From Gammaproteobacteria bacterium (GTDB lineage Bacteria > Pseudomonadota > Gammaproteobacteria > GCA-002705445 > GCA-002716945), in NCBI GenBank assembly GCA_047611265.1, contig JBLFWM010000001.1, positions 82,155-146,154 on the forward strand: a stretch of DNA of 64,000 nucleotides, given 5' to 3'. Below the pieces are notes generated by a model. That model was not told the DNA's origin, made no database searches, and saw only the letters and a list, made by a program, of their open reading frames with translations. Each line of letters opens with the position of its first letter. Position 1 is the first letter of the stretch. The position numbers and the translations under genes were made by a program. Below, one piece after another: positions 27,363-37,754 of this stretch.

Positions 27363-28385
27363 ATGATAAAACAAAATAAAAAAGTTTTAGTGATAAGATG
27401 CGGTCTACTGGGAGATACAGTAGATGCAACGTCAGTTATCCAGCCACTAATTGAGCTTTATGGCTCAGAACTTGAAATACATTGGGTTTCCAAACCTGGT
27501 ATATGCGACTTATTTAAATATGACAGAAGAATTAATAAAGTTTATAAACTAAAACATACAAAACTCCATTTTATATTTAATATCCAAAAATTTAATATAA
27601 TACTTAATTCATTATTCAGCCCATATGAGCTGATTATTAATCTCGAAATTGGTTCAAAGTTCAATGATGTTGTAAAATTTACAAGGTCTAAGAATAAAAT
27701 AGGTATGCCTTATGAATATATCAAAGATGACATATTCAAAGAACATAGAGTTAAGCATCAGCTGAGAATATTAGATAAGTTATTTCATAAATATAATAAA
27801 GATAATGCCAGGCCATCTATTGTTGGCATTGACATAAACCATATAATTAAAAAATTTCCAATTGAAAATGATTACATCGTAATGTGTCCAACTAATAGTC
27901 ATGTAGGTAATCAAAACCATAGAGGTTACAGGTCTTGGCCAGATAATAACTGGAAGGACTTAATTAGTAGAGTATTATCAGAAACTTCACTGAATATATT
28001 TTTAGTTGGTGATAAAAATGAGAAAAAATATTTCAATAATTTTTACCCACTACAAAAAGGACTGTATGACTTATCAGGTGAAACAACTATCCCAGAACTA
28101 ATAACTATAATGGAAAATTCAAAATGTGTAGTTGCCACAGATAGTGGTAGCGCTCATATTGCTGGAGCTGTAGCCAAAAATATAATCTCAATACATGGTC
28201 CAACGAACTTCTATCAATCAGCACCTTATAGCACTAAATATAATAATGTAAAGGTTGCAACATTGAATCTAAAATGTAGTCCATGTTATGACACTGAAGT
28301 AATTAAGAATTGTAAAAATAATATATGTATGCAAGATTTAAATGCAGAGACAGTGATGGGGTTAATGGCAGAACTTAGTCTTTAG
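27363..28385 (+). CDS. GT9 heptosyltransferase-family glycosyltransferase
   Basis: LGD, RSWP, DLSG, DSGSAH, HGPT, CSPC...C. Confidence 0.82.
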   Translation: MIKQNKKVLVIRCGLLGDTVDATSVIQPLIELYGSELEIHWVSKPGICDLFKYDRRINKVYKLKHTKLHFIFNIQKFNIILNSLFSPYELIINLEIGSKFNDVVKFTRSKNKIGMPYEYIKDDIFKEHRVKHQLRILDKLFHKYNKDNARPSIVGIDINHIIKKFPIENDYIVMCPTNSHVGNQNHRGYRSWPDNNWKDLISRVLSETSLNIFLVGDKNEKKYFNNFYPLQKGLYDLSGETTIPELITIMENSKCVVATDSGSAHIAGAVAKNIISIHGPTNFYQSAPYSTKYNNVKVATLNLKCSPCYDTEVIKNCKNNICMQDLNAETVMGLMAELSL

Positions 28386-28626
28386 AAGTAATTTTATCTA
28401 AATACCTTTCAATAAAAGCAAATTCTTTTTCACCAGATTTTCTTGTAAAACCAGAATCTTCAATTATATCGGCTAAATCAATTATTTTATTTTTAATTTT
28501 ATCAGACATAGAAGAATATTTAGAAAATTCTCTCACCAGAAGAATTATAATAAAAACCAATATGGGAAACATTATTTGCGATGTTATTGCATAGTTACTA
28601 TAAAGTAAGTCAAAAATATCATTCAT
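28375..28626 (-). CDS. hypothetical protein with a single TM helix
   Basis: 83-aa ORF overlapping the upstream gene, one hydrophobic segment. Confidence 0.55.
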   Translation of the reverse strand: MNDIFDLLYSNYAITSQIMFPILVFIIILLVREFSKYSSMSDKIKNKIIDLADIIEDSGFTRKSGEKEFAFIERYLDKITSKD

Positions 28627-29431
28627 TATTATTTCCTGGGTATTTCTTCTCTATCTCAATATTCATATTTTTTTGTATTAAGTCACTTTTTTTTCTTGCT
28701 GCTGACAGAGAAATGTTATCGTCTTCAAAATCTTTCCATACCAAAAACCGTTTGGAAAGAGAATGTAATCTTAATTCATAAGTTAGTGATTGAAAACCAG
28801 TCATTTCACTTTTAAACGGATCAAGGGTATTTTTTTGACTGTCATACTGACATTTAAGATACGAAGATGACTCTGAAAGACTTAAACCTTTGCTTGATAA
28901 CTCATCTCTCAAAACCAAGCCTTTATCTGAAAATTCACATTGGATAGATAGACCATAAGCTTTTGATCTAGCTTCTGCAAAGTTATATTCAGGAAATTGA
29001 AAAATAATTGAGTCGCTGATAATCTTACTATTATGTGCGATATCAACATCCATATTGCTACTTAGTATTACTTTGATTTCATTATTACCAATAGGGACTT
29101 CTTTTAAAAAAAGATACTCACTATAAATCCTTGTTGTATATACACCGTTTATAAATAATTTCCCATACCCAGTCCAGCTATTATTATTTTTTAGATCTTG
29201 GTCAGGTGTTAGCGTAAAGTTTATTACTTTTGACTGAAGCTGAAAAAATGGTCCAATTTTATTTAGAGAAATTTTAATCTCAGGAATATTATTCTGATGT
29301 ACTTCCAGCTTTGGATTATAATATTCTTTCCAAAATTTTATCCTATCATCTTGATCATCATGCGCTATTGAAGTAACAGGCAACAATAATAAGATTAAAA
29401 AATATTTTAAGTAATAAGGGTTTTTATTCAT
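28619..29431 (-). CDS. exported hypothetical protein
   Basis: 270-aa ORF with signal peptide, translationally coupled to the NUDIX gene. Confidence 0.65.
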   Translation of the reverse strand: MNKNPYYLKYFLILLLLPVTSIAHDDQDDRIKFWKEYYNPKLEVHQNNIPEIKISLNKIGPFFQLQSKVINFTLTPDQDLKNNNSWTGYGKLFINGVYTTRIYSEYLFLKEVPIGNNEIKVILSSNMDVDIAHNSKIISDSIIFQFPEYNFAEARSKAYGLSIQCEFSDKGLVLRDELSSKGLSLSESSSYLKCQYDSQKNTLDPFKSEMTGFQSLTYELRLHSLSKRFLVWKDFEDDNISLSAARKKSDLIQKNMNIEIEKKYPGNNNE

Positions 29432-30000
29432 TTTTTTATTATAGTATCAAAATGAATACCGATGTTACCCTTTTCTAGGTCTTGATAATATAATTTAATA
29501 GTTTTTTCAATCACAGTGAATGCTAAATCTTTCCAAGGAATTTCCTCTTTAGCGAATAGTTTGACCTCCAAGCTTTCAAGCCCAGCTTCATATATACCAT
29601 CATTTAAATCGCCATAATACATCATATAAACTTGGCTTATATGGGGCAAGTTACACATCAAAAATAATCTTGGGTTACTAGATCGCGCGCCGGCTTCTTC
29701 CATAGTTTCTCTTAAAGCACCCTCTTCGACTGTTTCATGGTTTTCCATAAACCCTGCTGGCAAAGTCCAAAATCCTGACCTTGGCTCATTTGCTCTTTTA
29801 CAAAGCAAGATTTTGTTTTCCCATATTAATAAGCAGCCAGCTACAATCTTGGGGTTTTCATAAAATACTGTTCTGCATTTACTACATACCGCTCTATTCC
29901 TGGTATCACCCTCAGGAATTTCGATATTAATCGGGCAGGAGCAATTTGAGCAATATTTTTGACTAGGCAGCTTAGAATTATTTATAGAATTTTCTTTCAC
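29428..30000 (-). CDS. NUDIX hydrolase with N-terminal zinc ribbon
   Basis: CxxC...CxxC, YENP, Nudix box GFMENHETVEEGALRETMEEAG. Confidence 0.88.
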   Translation of the reverse strand: MKENSINNSKLPSQKYCSNCSCPINIEIPEGDTRNRAVCSKCRTVFYENPKIVAGCLLIWENKILLCKRANEPRSGFWTLPAGFMENHETVEEGALRETMEEAGARSSNPRLFLMCNLPHISQVYMMYYGDLNDGIYEAGLESLEVKLFAKEEIPWKDLAFTVIEKTIKLYYQDLEKGNIGIHFDTIIKK

Positions 30001-30020
30001 AAGACGATTACCATGATATG

Positions 30021-30093
30021 CATCCCCAAGGGGAGTCGAACCCCTGTTGCTGAGATGAAAACCCAGTGTCCTAGGCCACTAGACGATGGGGAC
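30021..30093 (-). tRNA. tRNA-Glu (TTC)
   Basis: GTCCCCATCGTCTAGTGGCCTAGGACACTGGGTTTTCATCTCAGCAACAGGGGTTCGACTCCCCTTGGGGATG folds as a cloverleaf with anticodon TTC; CCA not encoded; downstream of gltX. Confidence 0.95.
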
Positions 30094-30196
30094 ATATATC
30101 ATAAATTATTGGTTTTTATATCGAATATTATACATAAGAAAAGTAATATATAAAAGCTCAATCTAAAAATTAGATATTGTCTAGCTTCGGCACATA

Positions 30197-31555
30197 TTAG
30201 GCCAATGATAGAAAAGTATAAAAGTCATTAAGACGCTTCAATGCCTTATCTTTTCCCAGAGTAAAGCATAATTCATCTATTGATGGGGCCTTTAACCGCG
30301 CTGTTAAAGAAAATCTTACGGCAGGACCAACGTCCTTAAATTTAAGCGACATATCAGAGCAGACCTCTTTGATACAGTTGCTGATATTTTCTTTATTATC
30401 AAACTCAATATTTGATATTTTTTTTATAACATTTTCGATAACAGTTTTAGATTTCACGGGATCTAGTTTCATAAAGTCATCTGATTTATAATTTAAGTCA
30501 TCCTCAAAATAATAAGTTAATCCCGAAGCGATATTCTTTAAATTATAATCTCTATCAATCCCTAAACTTAAAATATTTTCAAGATACTTCCTGTCACTTA
30601 CTTTAATATTTAAATCTGAAAGATATGGTAATACCATATCCGCTATATCTGATAAATTTTTATTTTTAATATAATGCTGGTTTAACCAATTAAGTTTATC
30701 ATAATCAAATATAGCAGATGATTTTGTAACTTTGTCTATTGTAAATAATTTCAATAAATCATCAGTAGAGAAAAATTCTTGGTCTCCATGCGACCATCCA
30801 GTTTTTACTAAATAATTAATTAGAGCTTCTACTAGATAACCCTCCTCAAGGAAAGAATTGATATCTACAGCTCCATGTCTCTTAGAGAGTCTTTTGCCAT
30901 CTACACCATGAATCATTGCAAGATGCGCGAAAACTGGAACTGTTTCATTAAATGCTTTGAATAGATTAATTTGTATAGCAGTGTTACTTAAATGATCATC
31001 ACCTCTAACAATGTGCGTAATACCCAGCTCTATATCATCAACTACTGATGTCAAATTATAAGTTGGTACTCCATTAGACCTTAAGATAACTACATCATGA
31101 AAAGTTTTCGGATCAAACGTAATTTCACCATGAACTAAATCTTTTAAATAAACAGATTTTTCTCTAGGATTTTTAAATCTAATAACATGACCCAACCTAT
31201 TTAATCTATTTTCATATTGGACATCAAGATTTGTATCTTTAGTTTTCTCATTCACTTCCACTTGATCGTAATAAGCTAAATTATTATTTAATAGATATTC
31301 AATTTTATCTATATAAACATCAAATCTTTTTGATTGGTACATTAATTCTCTATCTGAGTCTAATCCTAGGGAATGTAATGCTGAAATAATAGAATCACAA
31401 TATTCTTTTGTACTTCTTGATGTGTCCGTATCATCAATTCTAATATAAAATTGACCTGATTGGCTTTTGGCAAATAGCCATGAAAATAAAGCTGTTCTGA
31501 CTCCGCCTATATGTAGCCATCCCGTAGGACTTGGTGCAAATCTTGTTTTTATCAT
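30197..31555 (-). CDS. gltX: glutamate--tRNA ligase
   Basis: TRFAPSPTG, HIGG, IVRGDDH, LSKRHG. Confidence 0.93.
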   Translation of the reverse strand: MIKTRFAPSPTGWLHIGGVRTALFSWLFAKSQSGQFYIRIDDTDTSRSTKEYCDSIISALHSLGLDSDRELMYQSKRFDVYIDKIEYLLNNNLAYYDQVEVNEKTKDTNLDVQYENRLNRLGHVIRFKNPREKSVYLKDLVHGEITFDPKTFHDVVILRSNGVPTYNLTSVVDDIELGITHIVRGDDHLSNTAIQINLFKAFNETVPVFAHLAMIHGVDGKRLSKRHGAVDINSFLEEGYLVEALINYLVKTGWSHGDQEFFSTDDLLKLFTIDKVTKSSAIFDYDKLNWLNQHYIKNKNLSDIADMVLPYLSDLNIKVSDRKYLENILSLGIDRDYNLKNIASGLTYYFEDDLNYKSDDFMKLDPVKSKTVIENVIKKISNIEFDNKENISNCIKEVCSDMSLKFKDVGPAVRFSLTARLKAPSIDELCFTLGKDKALKRLNDFYTFLSLA

Positions 31556-31559
31556 AATA

Positions 31560-32882
31560 TTATAGTGTCATTTTAAAATCTTCAACAATTGCTCCTGGAA
31601 TTGTAGAGCTATAGGTTGACCTTTCTTCGTATGTACTTGAATCCATTAGTAGTTGTGATTTGTCTGTTAAGCCAACTAATTTATCACCAAAAACATTATA
31701 TACTGTCTCATCAAATCTCATAGTATTAATTGGTCCTTTGTATTCTCCATTCTCTACCATAAAACATCCAAATCTTGTTAAGCCAGTTATTCTCCCATTA
31801 TTACGATCTGAAAAATTCAGATACCACAGGTTGCTTATGTAGATTCCATCTTTTAATGTTTCTAAAATCTTGTTTGAATTTATTACGCCTTCATTAAGAT
31901 GAATAGATACGGGTGCCTCATAGTATTCTGCAGCATTATGGTTTACAGAATATTCTAAGGCTGATCTTGGTGATACTAATGAATTAACATATTTACCATT
32001 AACGATTAATTCTGTTTTTTCTGGTTTGATAAACCCATCGGAATGAAATTTTGGTGAAATACCATTAGAAAGATTTTCACTAAAAGAGACTATTTTGTTA
32101 AAACTTTTTTCACCTTTCTCCATTAAATGAAGTGGGCTTGAACCAATCTTATTTGCTTTATAACTAAATCCACCCCATGACAACATATCTACAATTTCAT
32201 TCAATGCTGATGGCGATAAATAAACTCTATATTTTCCAGGCTTAAGTATAATTTCCTTATTATCTATTACCCTTAATTTTTCCTTGCTCTCTGAAACCAG
32301 ACTAGAGAATGTTTCTTGGTTCCACTCTTGATCAGAGTAATTCTGTTTGATAGCTTTTCCAGACTCAGTATACATAGACCAGTCAAAATTAAAAGATTCG
32401 CTTTCATGCCAATTAAACTGTCCTAAAGAATTTGCAAAACCTTTCATGATTGTCCCACTAGACAATATTCCAACCATATCAAGCGCATGACAATTATCAA
32501 GAATATTTCCAGTTATAGAGTAATTATCTAACTTAGATCCTATTATGTTTTTTTCAAAAGAATTTATGTTTCTCTCATACATAAGATATGGGTCTTTAGG
32601 TAATTCTGGTATTTCTCTCCTGAGATAATATAACGTCCTAAGCAATAATACTGAATCTTTTGAAAAATCCGTACTCAAACGTATAACTGAAGTTAGTGTT
32701 TTTTTCTTAAATATTAAATTTAGAGTTAGCGTTGCTTGATTTACATTACCAGCCTGTCTAATTTTCGAATGATTGAATCTAACAAAATCTGTTTTCTCAG
32801 CATCAAAATTTAATACTAATACTTCATGATTTTCTAAACTATTAAAAAGTTTATCAGAAATTTTTTGGAAGTAGTCTTTCAT
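31560..32882 (-). CDS. TldE/PmbA-family protein
   Basis: RFNHSKIRQ, PGKYRVYL, NLWYLN, TGLTR; paired with TldD, lacks HExxxH. Confidence 0.78.
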   Translation of the reverse strand: MKDYFQKISDKLFNSLENHEVLVLNFDAEKTDFVRFNHSKIRQAGNVNQATLTLNLIFKKKTLTSVIRLSTDFSKDSVLLLRTLYYLRREIPELPKDPYLMYERNINSFEKNIIGSKLDNYSITGNILDNCHALDMVGILSSGTIMKGFANSLGQFNWHESESFNFDWSMYTESGKAIKQNYSDQEWNQETFSSLVSESKEKLRVIDNKEIILKPGKYRVYLSPSALNEIVDMLSWGGFSYKANKIGSSPLHLMEKGEKSFNKIVSFSENLSNGISPKFHSDGFIKPEKTELIVNGKYVNSLVSPRSALEYSVNHNAAEYYEAPVSIHLNEGVINSNKILETLKDGIYISNLWYLNFSDRNNGRITGLTRFGCFMVENGEYKGPINTMRFDETVYNVFGDKLVGLTDKSQLLMDSSTYEERSTYSSTIPGAIVEDFKMTL

Positions 32883-34315
32883 TAAATTCCACCAAATACG
32901 TCAACATTCTCAAATAGACAAACAGGTGTAGAATGGCCAACAAATATTGTTTGGTTAGGCTCTCCTTTACCACAATTAGATGTACCTAGGATATTATTAC
33001 TTTCACTGTTTCCAACTTTTGATAAGTTTTTCCAAAAAGATTCTGTTATTCCACGATAACTAGGATTCTTTACAACACCAGCAAATTTTCCATTCTTTAT
33101 TAAAGTCCCTTTCTCACATCCGAATTGGAATTTATTTCTTTTATCATCTATAGACCACGAGTTATTTGTTTGTAGATAGATGCCATCTTCCACGGAAGAT
33201 ATTATATCCTCAAAACTATCCTCGCCTGGCTCTAAATTAATATTTCCCATCCTGTCAATTGGAGGTCTATTCCAGTTTGATGCCCTAGAACAGGCGACAT
33301 GATCTAAATCTAGTCTTTGACTAGAAAGTAACCCCCCTATAGGCCTTACTAACAATCCATCTTTAATCAAATACTTTCTTTCTGCATTTGTACCGTCATC
33401 ATCATAGCTATATGACGCTAGTTCAGATTCAAGCGTTGGATTAAATGTTACGTTTAAGAGTTTAGATCCATACTGATATTTTCCAAACATTTCTGGAGTA
33501 ACAAAACTAGACCCAGCATAGTTTCTCTCGTCACCTAAAATTCTATCTAACTCTAAAGGGTGTCCGATAGATTCATGTATCTGTAATATCATTTGGTCTG
33601 GCGCTATAACAGCATTAGTGATTTGATCACTACAGTTAGGGGATTTAGATAGTTCCACCGCTTCTTCTGCTAATGTTTTAGCTTGTTGAACCATATTTAT
33701 TTGATCAATAAAATCATACCCAATTTGTCTAGCATGTGCATGACCTCCAAATGTTCTTGTTTGTATTTCTTTTTTATGTTCGGCAGAAGCAATAATTTGA
33801 GGTAATAGATATGAAATCTTCTGTCTGACATACGAGTCATTTGTATCTATAAACAAAGTTTCTATTTTATTGAACCTCATGCTTGCACCCCAATTAGAAA
33901 TTGTAGGTTGTGACTTTAAAGCCTTATTGACGCTCAAAAGATAATCAGCTTTATCTTTCATAGATGTCTTAGACCAACCATCTTCTTCTTCTGTGTAATA
34001 ACTACCAGTCTGGTTTTTTAACTTTGACAAGTCTGGACGATAAGTTAATTTATTTTTTGAGAAATCAGCCCATTCCTTAGCAGACTCTACGGCTTCTAAG
34101 ATACCTTGTTGAGTAAGGTTACTGGTTGCCCCATAACCAAAGCCACCATTATGGAATACAGTAACCATTAAACCGTCATCCTCAGACATAATAACTGGCT
34201 CAACGACTCCTCTGGTTGCAGAAATAATATTGGTATACTTGCTAACGAAGCGGAACGAACAATAGTCCGTTTTAGGCAATAATGGTTTCACTAGGTTTAT
34301 AAAATTATCTTTCAT
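32882..34315 (-). CDS. TldD-family metalloprotease
   Basis: HESIGHPLELDR, PPIDRM, FQFGCE, CGKGEP. Confidence 0.85.
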   Translation of the reverse strand: MKDNFINLVKPLLPKTDYCSFRFVSKYTNIISATRGVVEPVIMSEDDGLMVTVFHNGGFGYGATSNLTQQGILEAVESAKEWADFSKNKLTYRPDLSKLKNQTGSYYTEEEDGWSKTSMKDKADYLLSVNKALKSQPTISNWGASMRFNKIETLFIDTNDSYVRQKISYLLPQIIASAEHKKEIQTRTFGGHAHARQIGYDFIDQINMVQQAKTLAEEAVELSKSPNCSDQITNAVIAPDQMILQIHESIGHPLELDRILGDERNYAGSSFVTPEMFGKYQYGSKLLNVTFNPTLESELASYSYDDDGTNAERKYLIKDGLLVRPIGGLLSSQRLDLDHVACSRASNWNRPPIDRMGNINLEPGEDSFEDIISSVEDGIYLQTNNSWSIDDKRNKFQFGCEKGTLIKNGKFAGVVKNPSYRGITESFWKNLSKVGNSESNNILGTSNCGKGEPNQTIFVGHSTPVCLFENVDVFGGI

Positions 34316-34352
34316 GCTATTATTGAAATATTATAACACTCAGTCGTAAGCA

Positions 34353-35303
34353 ATGCATGATGTTTACCCATTATTAAAAAAAACAAAATTCCCCTTCATT
34401 TCTAGGGGCCAATTAAAATCATTTCAGATTAATCTTGGTTATAAATGTAACCAGGCATGCCTTCATTGTCATGTTAATGCTAGCCCAAAAAGAAAAGAAA
34501 TGATGTCATTAGAAGTAATTGATCAGATACTATTTGCTATAAATAAATTTAAAATAAAAACTATTGATTTAACTGGTGGTGCGCCAGAGCTTAATGATCA
34601 TTTTGAGTATTTAATTATAGAAGCAAAAAATCTAGGCTGCCATGTAATTGATAGATGCAACTTAACTATATTACTGGAACCAGGAAAGGCTCATCTGTTT
34701 GATTTTTTTAAAAATAATAAAGTTGAGATAATTGCTTCCTTGCCTTGCTACGAAGAATCTAATGTAGATGCTCAGAGAGGAAAAAATGTATTTAAAAAAA
34801 GTATTAAAGCTTTAAGGGAACTTAATAAATTCGGTTATGGTTATAAAAAAGATTTAGCAATTAATCTTGTTTATAATCCTCAAGGCCCTGTATTACCTCC
34901 TAACCAATTGGATTTAGAAAAAAAATATAAAAAAATTTTGAAAGAAGAGCATGATATTATCTTTAATAATTTATACTTAATAACTAATATGCCTATAGCT
35001 AGATTTGGCAGTACACTAATAAGTAAAAATAAATTTAATCCATATATGCAATTACTAAAAAATAATTTTAATGAAGAAGCTCTTGATCACCTAATGTGCA
35101 AATCTTTAATAAGTATAGATTATCAAGGGTATATGTATGACTGTGATTTTAATCAAATGCTTGGAATAAATTTAAGTGATAACATAGAAAAGCATATATC
35201 AATGTTATCTAAAATTAATATTTTAGATAAAATAAATGTAGCAGATCATTGTTATGGCTGCACAGCTGGGTCTGGAAGTAGCTGCGGTGGAACATTATTA
35301 TGA
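34353..35303 (+). CDS. ArsS-like radical SAM protein (rSAM/selenodomain family)
   Basis: CNQACLHCH, DLTGGAPE, IDRCNLTIL, ASLPCY, DCDFNQ, C-terminal CYGCTAGSGSSCGG. Confidence 0.82.
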   Translation: MHDVYPLLKKTKFPFISRGQLKSFQINLGYKCNQACLHCHVNASPKRKEMMSLEVIDQILFAINKFKIKTIDLTGGAPELNDHFEYLIIEAKNLGCHVIDRCNLTILLEPGKAHLFDFFKNNKVEIIASLPCYEESNVDAQRGKNVFKKSIKALRELNKFGYGYKKDLAINLVYNPQGPVLPPNQLDLEKKYKKILKEEHDIIFNNLYLITNMPIARFGSTLISKNKFNPYMQLLKNNFNEEALDHLMCKSLISIDYQGYMYDCDFNQMLGINLSDNIEKHISMLSKINILDKINVADHCYGCTAGSGSSCGGTLL

Positions 35304-35734
35304 CTAATAGAGTAAAGTTTTTGCTATGCCTTCTTTTATTGCCATATCAATTAGTAAATTCTGCTGGAGGGTTATCCAAATCTTTATCCAATCCGGATGC
35401 AGAAGTTTTTATTATAAGTCCATTAAATAAAGAGATAGTTTCAAGTCCAGTTGAAATAATCTTTGGTATTACTAATATGACTGTTGCTCCCGCTGGGATT
35501 AAAAAAGAATTATCTGGACATCATCATTTAGTTATTGATACTGATGTACTGCCAAATCTCTCCAGACCCATCCCCTCTAATGAGAAATATTTACATTTTG
35601 GTAAAGGCCAAACAAGAACTTTGATAGATTTAAAGAGTGGCACTCATACACTCCAATTAATTTTTGGAGATTATGTGCATATACCACATGATAAGCCATT
35701 AATATCTAAAAAAATCACTATTACTGTAGAATGA
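35300..35734 (+). CDS. DUF4399-like exported His-motif protein
   Basis: Signal peptide, PAG...GHHHL, HFGKGQT, GTHTLQL..GD..H. Confidence 0.75.
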   Translation: MTNRVKFLLCLLLLPYQLVNSAGGLSKSLSNPDAEVFIISPLNKEIVSSPVEIIFGITNMTVAPAGIKKELSGHHHLVIDTDVLPNLSRPIPSNEKYLHFGKGQTRTLIDLKSGTHTLQLIFGDYVHIPHDKPLISKKITITVE

Positions 35735-36399
35735 TTTCAATTATTGTACCTGCAAAGAATGAAGCTAAAAATATATATAAAAATCTCAGCCATTTGCAAG
35801 AATTAAGAAAACATAATATTTGTGAAATAATTTTAGTCGATGGAGGTAGTACTGATAATACCATTAAGGTAGCAAATAATTTAGTGGATCATGTACTAAA
35901 AACAAGACCAGGAAGAGCAATACAGCAAAATATTGGTGCGTCAATTGCCAGAGGAAATATTTTTCTCTTCCTGCATGCCGATACATATATAACCACAAAA
36001 CAATTATTATTTATAAAAAATATAAAAAAAGATAAAATATGGGGTTTTTTTAAAATTAAATTTAATAAAAATAAAATTAAATATAAAATTTTAAGTTTTT
36101 TTATAAACTTAAGATCAAAGATATATAATTATGGGACTGGTGATCAAACGATTTATATTGAGAGAAATATTTTTAACAAAATAAGAGGATTTCCCAATCT
36201 AATGATAATGGAAGATATAGAGATATGTTCTATATTGAAGAGAATATCCGCTCCCTTAATAATTAATAGTCATGTTATTACATCATCTAGAAGATGGGAT
36301 AAGCATGGATTTATAAGAACTATATTGAAAATGAGAATTCTAAGATTTTTATATCATTTTGGAATTAAAACTCATATTCTAAAAAGGTATTACGAATGA
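35731..36399 (+). CDS. GT2 glycosyltransferase of the rSAM/selenodomain-associated type
   Basis: VDGGSTD, GRAIQQNIGA, FLHAD, GDQ, MEDIE, TSSRRW. Confidence 0.8.
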   Translation: MISIIVPAKNEAKNIYKNLSHLQELRKHNICEIILVDGGSTDNTIKVANNLVDHVLKTRPGRAIQQNIGASIARGNIFLFLHADTYITTKQLLFIKNIKKDKIWGFFKIKFNKNKIKYKILSFFINLRSKIYNYGTGDQTIYIERNIFNKIRGFPNLMIMEDIEICSILKRISAPLIINSHVITSSRRWDKHGFIRTILKMRILRFLYHFGIKTHILKRYYE

Positions 36400-36977
36400 T
36401 TTCTTTAAATATTTTTTCAAAATGTCCATACAATGGTAATCCCAAAACAAGATTAAAAGATTTATTAAATAAAGAAGAGAGATCCTTTATAACCTTGCAT
36501 ATGTTGATAAATATACTAGATGAAGTTTCAAATATTAGTAATGATTTTAAAGTTACATTATGGATATACCCTCACTTAAAAGATAATTTATTCCATGATA
36601 TTAAAAAAAAATATAAAATTAATATAGAACAACAACAAGGATCATCTCTATGCGAAAGAATGAATAACTGTTTATTTCTAGAAAGTTCCAAATATGAAAA
36701 AACTATATTAATTGGCTCTGATATTCCATCTTTAACTAAAGATATTATTACGGATGCCGAGTATTCTCTTTTGAAAAAAGATATTGTTATTGGTCCATCA
36801 ACAGATGGTGGGTTTTACTTAATTGGGGTTAAAAGACCTTATGAAAATCTCATAGATTGCACGAAACCTATGAATATTGAAAATTTAAAATATAACATCA
36901 ATTCTCGTTCATTAGACTTAGAGTTATTAAAAGAATTAAAAGATATTGATACACCGAAAGACTTACTTTTTATCTGA
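36396..36977 (+). CDS. DUF2064/CofC-like rSAM-associated transferase
   Basis: KTRL, QQG.SL.ERM, IGSDIP, GPSTDGGFYLIG, DIDT. Confidence 0.78.
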   Translation: MISLNIFSKCPYNGNPKTRLKDLLNKEERSFITLHMLINILDEVSNISNDFKVTLWIYPHLKDNLFHDIKKKYKINIEQQQGSSLCERMNNCLFLESSKYEKTILIGSDIPSLTKDIITDAEYSLLKKDIVIGPSTDGGFYLIGVKRPYENLIDCTKPMNIENLKYNINSRSLDLELLKELKDIDTPKDLLFI

Positions 36978-37754
36978 TTTTTTTACTGGAAAATGTTTGC
37001 TTGGATCTTCATTGTTATCATATAACTCATTTAGTTTTATATATTTCATATAAGTATTAAACATAGTAGTTAAGGCAACAGTAAAACCATCAATACCCTG
37101 TAAGACACCACCTTTAAGGAACATTTTTTTAAAGAATGAAAATAATGAATGTGTTACCGGTCTAATGCTTGACCTTTTGATTCCTGCAATATGCATAGTT
37201 TTCGCGCTTGTCGTGCTATAAAAATTAATCTTATTAATCCAGTCTGCATATGAACTATAAGTATAATGTAGTAAATGACAATCTATATTTTTAGCTGGTG
37301 AGTCCACATAAGCATGAGATGTACTCATGGTATAATTTGTGAGTGACTTATTATAAAGACGGGTGACTCTATCTGGATAGAAACTAGCAGCTTTAATCCA
37401 TTTTTTTCCACAAAAGTTTCTTCTTCTAAACGAATAAGCACTATGATTACTTGATCCCAACTTTAGAGAGTTAACAAATTCAATCGAATCATCTTCAAGC
37501 CTCTCATCTGCATCCAAACTAAACACCCAGTCATTAGACGCATAAGATGATGCTAGTTTTTTTTGAGGTCCGTCACCTAGAAATTCTTGGAGGTAAACTT
37601 TCGCGCCAAGCTCTTTTGCAATTTCAGTAGTCTTATCAATACTCAGGGAATCAAGTACTATTATTTCATTACATACTTTTTTCAAAGATATGATGCAGTC
37701 TGTAATAAGATTTTCATTATTAAGAGTTATTATTATTCCACTTACCTTGTTCAT
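36963..37754 (-). CDS. GT2 LPS glycosyltransferase (WaaE/KdtX-like)
   Basis: IITLNNE, DSLSID.T, WVFSLDADE, YPD...RLY. Confidence 0.8.
   Translation of the reverse strand: MNKVSGIIITLNNENLITDCIISLKKVCNEIIVLDSLSIDKTTEIAKELGAKVYLQEFLGDGPQKKLASSYASNDWVFSLDADERLEDDSIEFVNSLKLGSSNHSAYSFRRRNFCGKKWIKAASFYPDRVTRLYNKSLTNYTMSTSHAYVDSPAKNIDCHLLHYTYSSYADWINKINFYSTTSAKTMHIAGIKRSSIRPVTHSLFSFFKKMFLKGGVLQGIDGFTVALTTMFNTYMKYIKLNELYDNNEDPSKHFPVKKSDKK

Noticed and set aside
28375-30093. Integrative element at tRNA-Glu
   Set aside because: No integrase, no duplicated tRNA 3' end noticed, and no obvious compositional shift
29959-30153. 64-aa plus-strand ORF
   Set aside because: It is antisense to tRNA-Glu and the NUDIX start
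31560-34315. TldD/E plus radical SAM as a RiPP cluster
   Set aside because: No precursor peptide seen, the genes are divergent, and the rSAM resembles ArsS rather than a SPASM maturase
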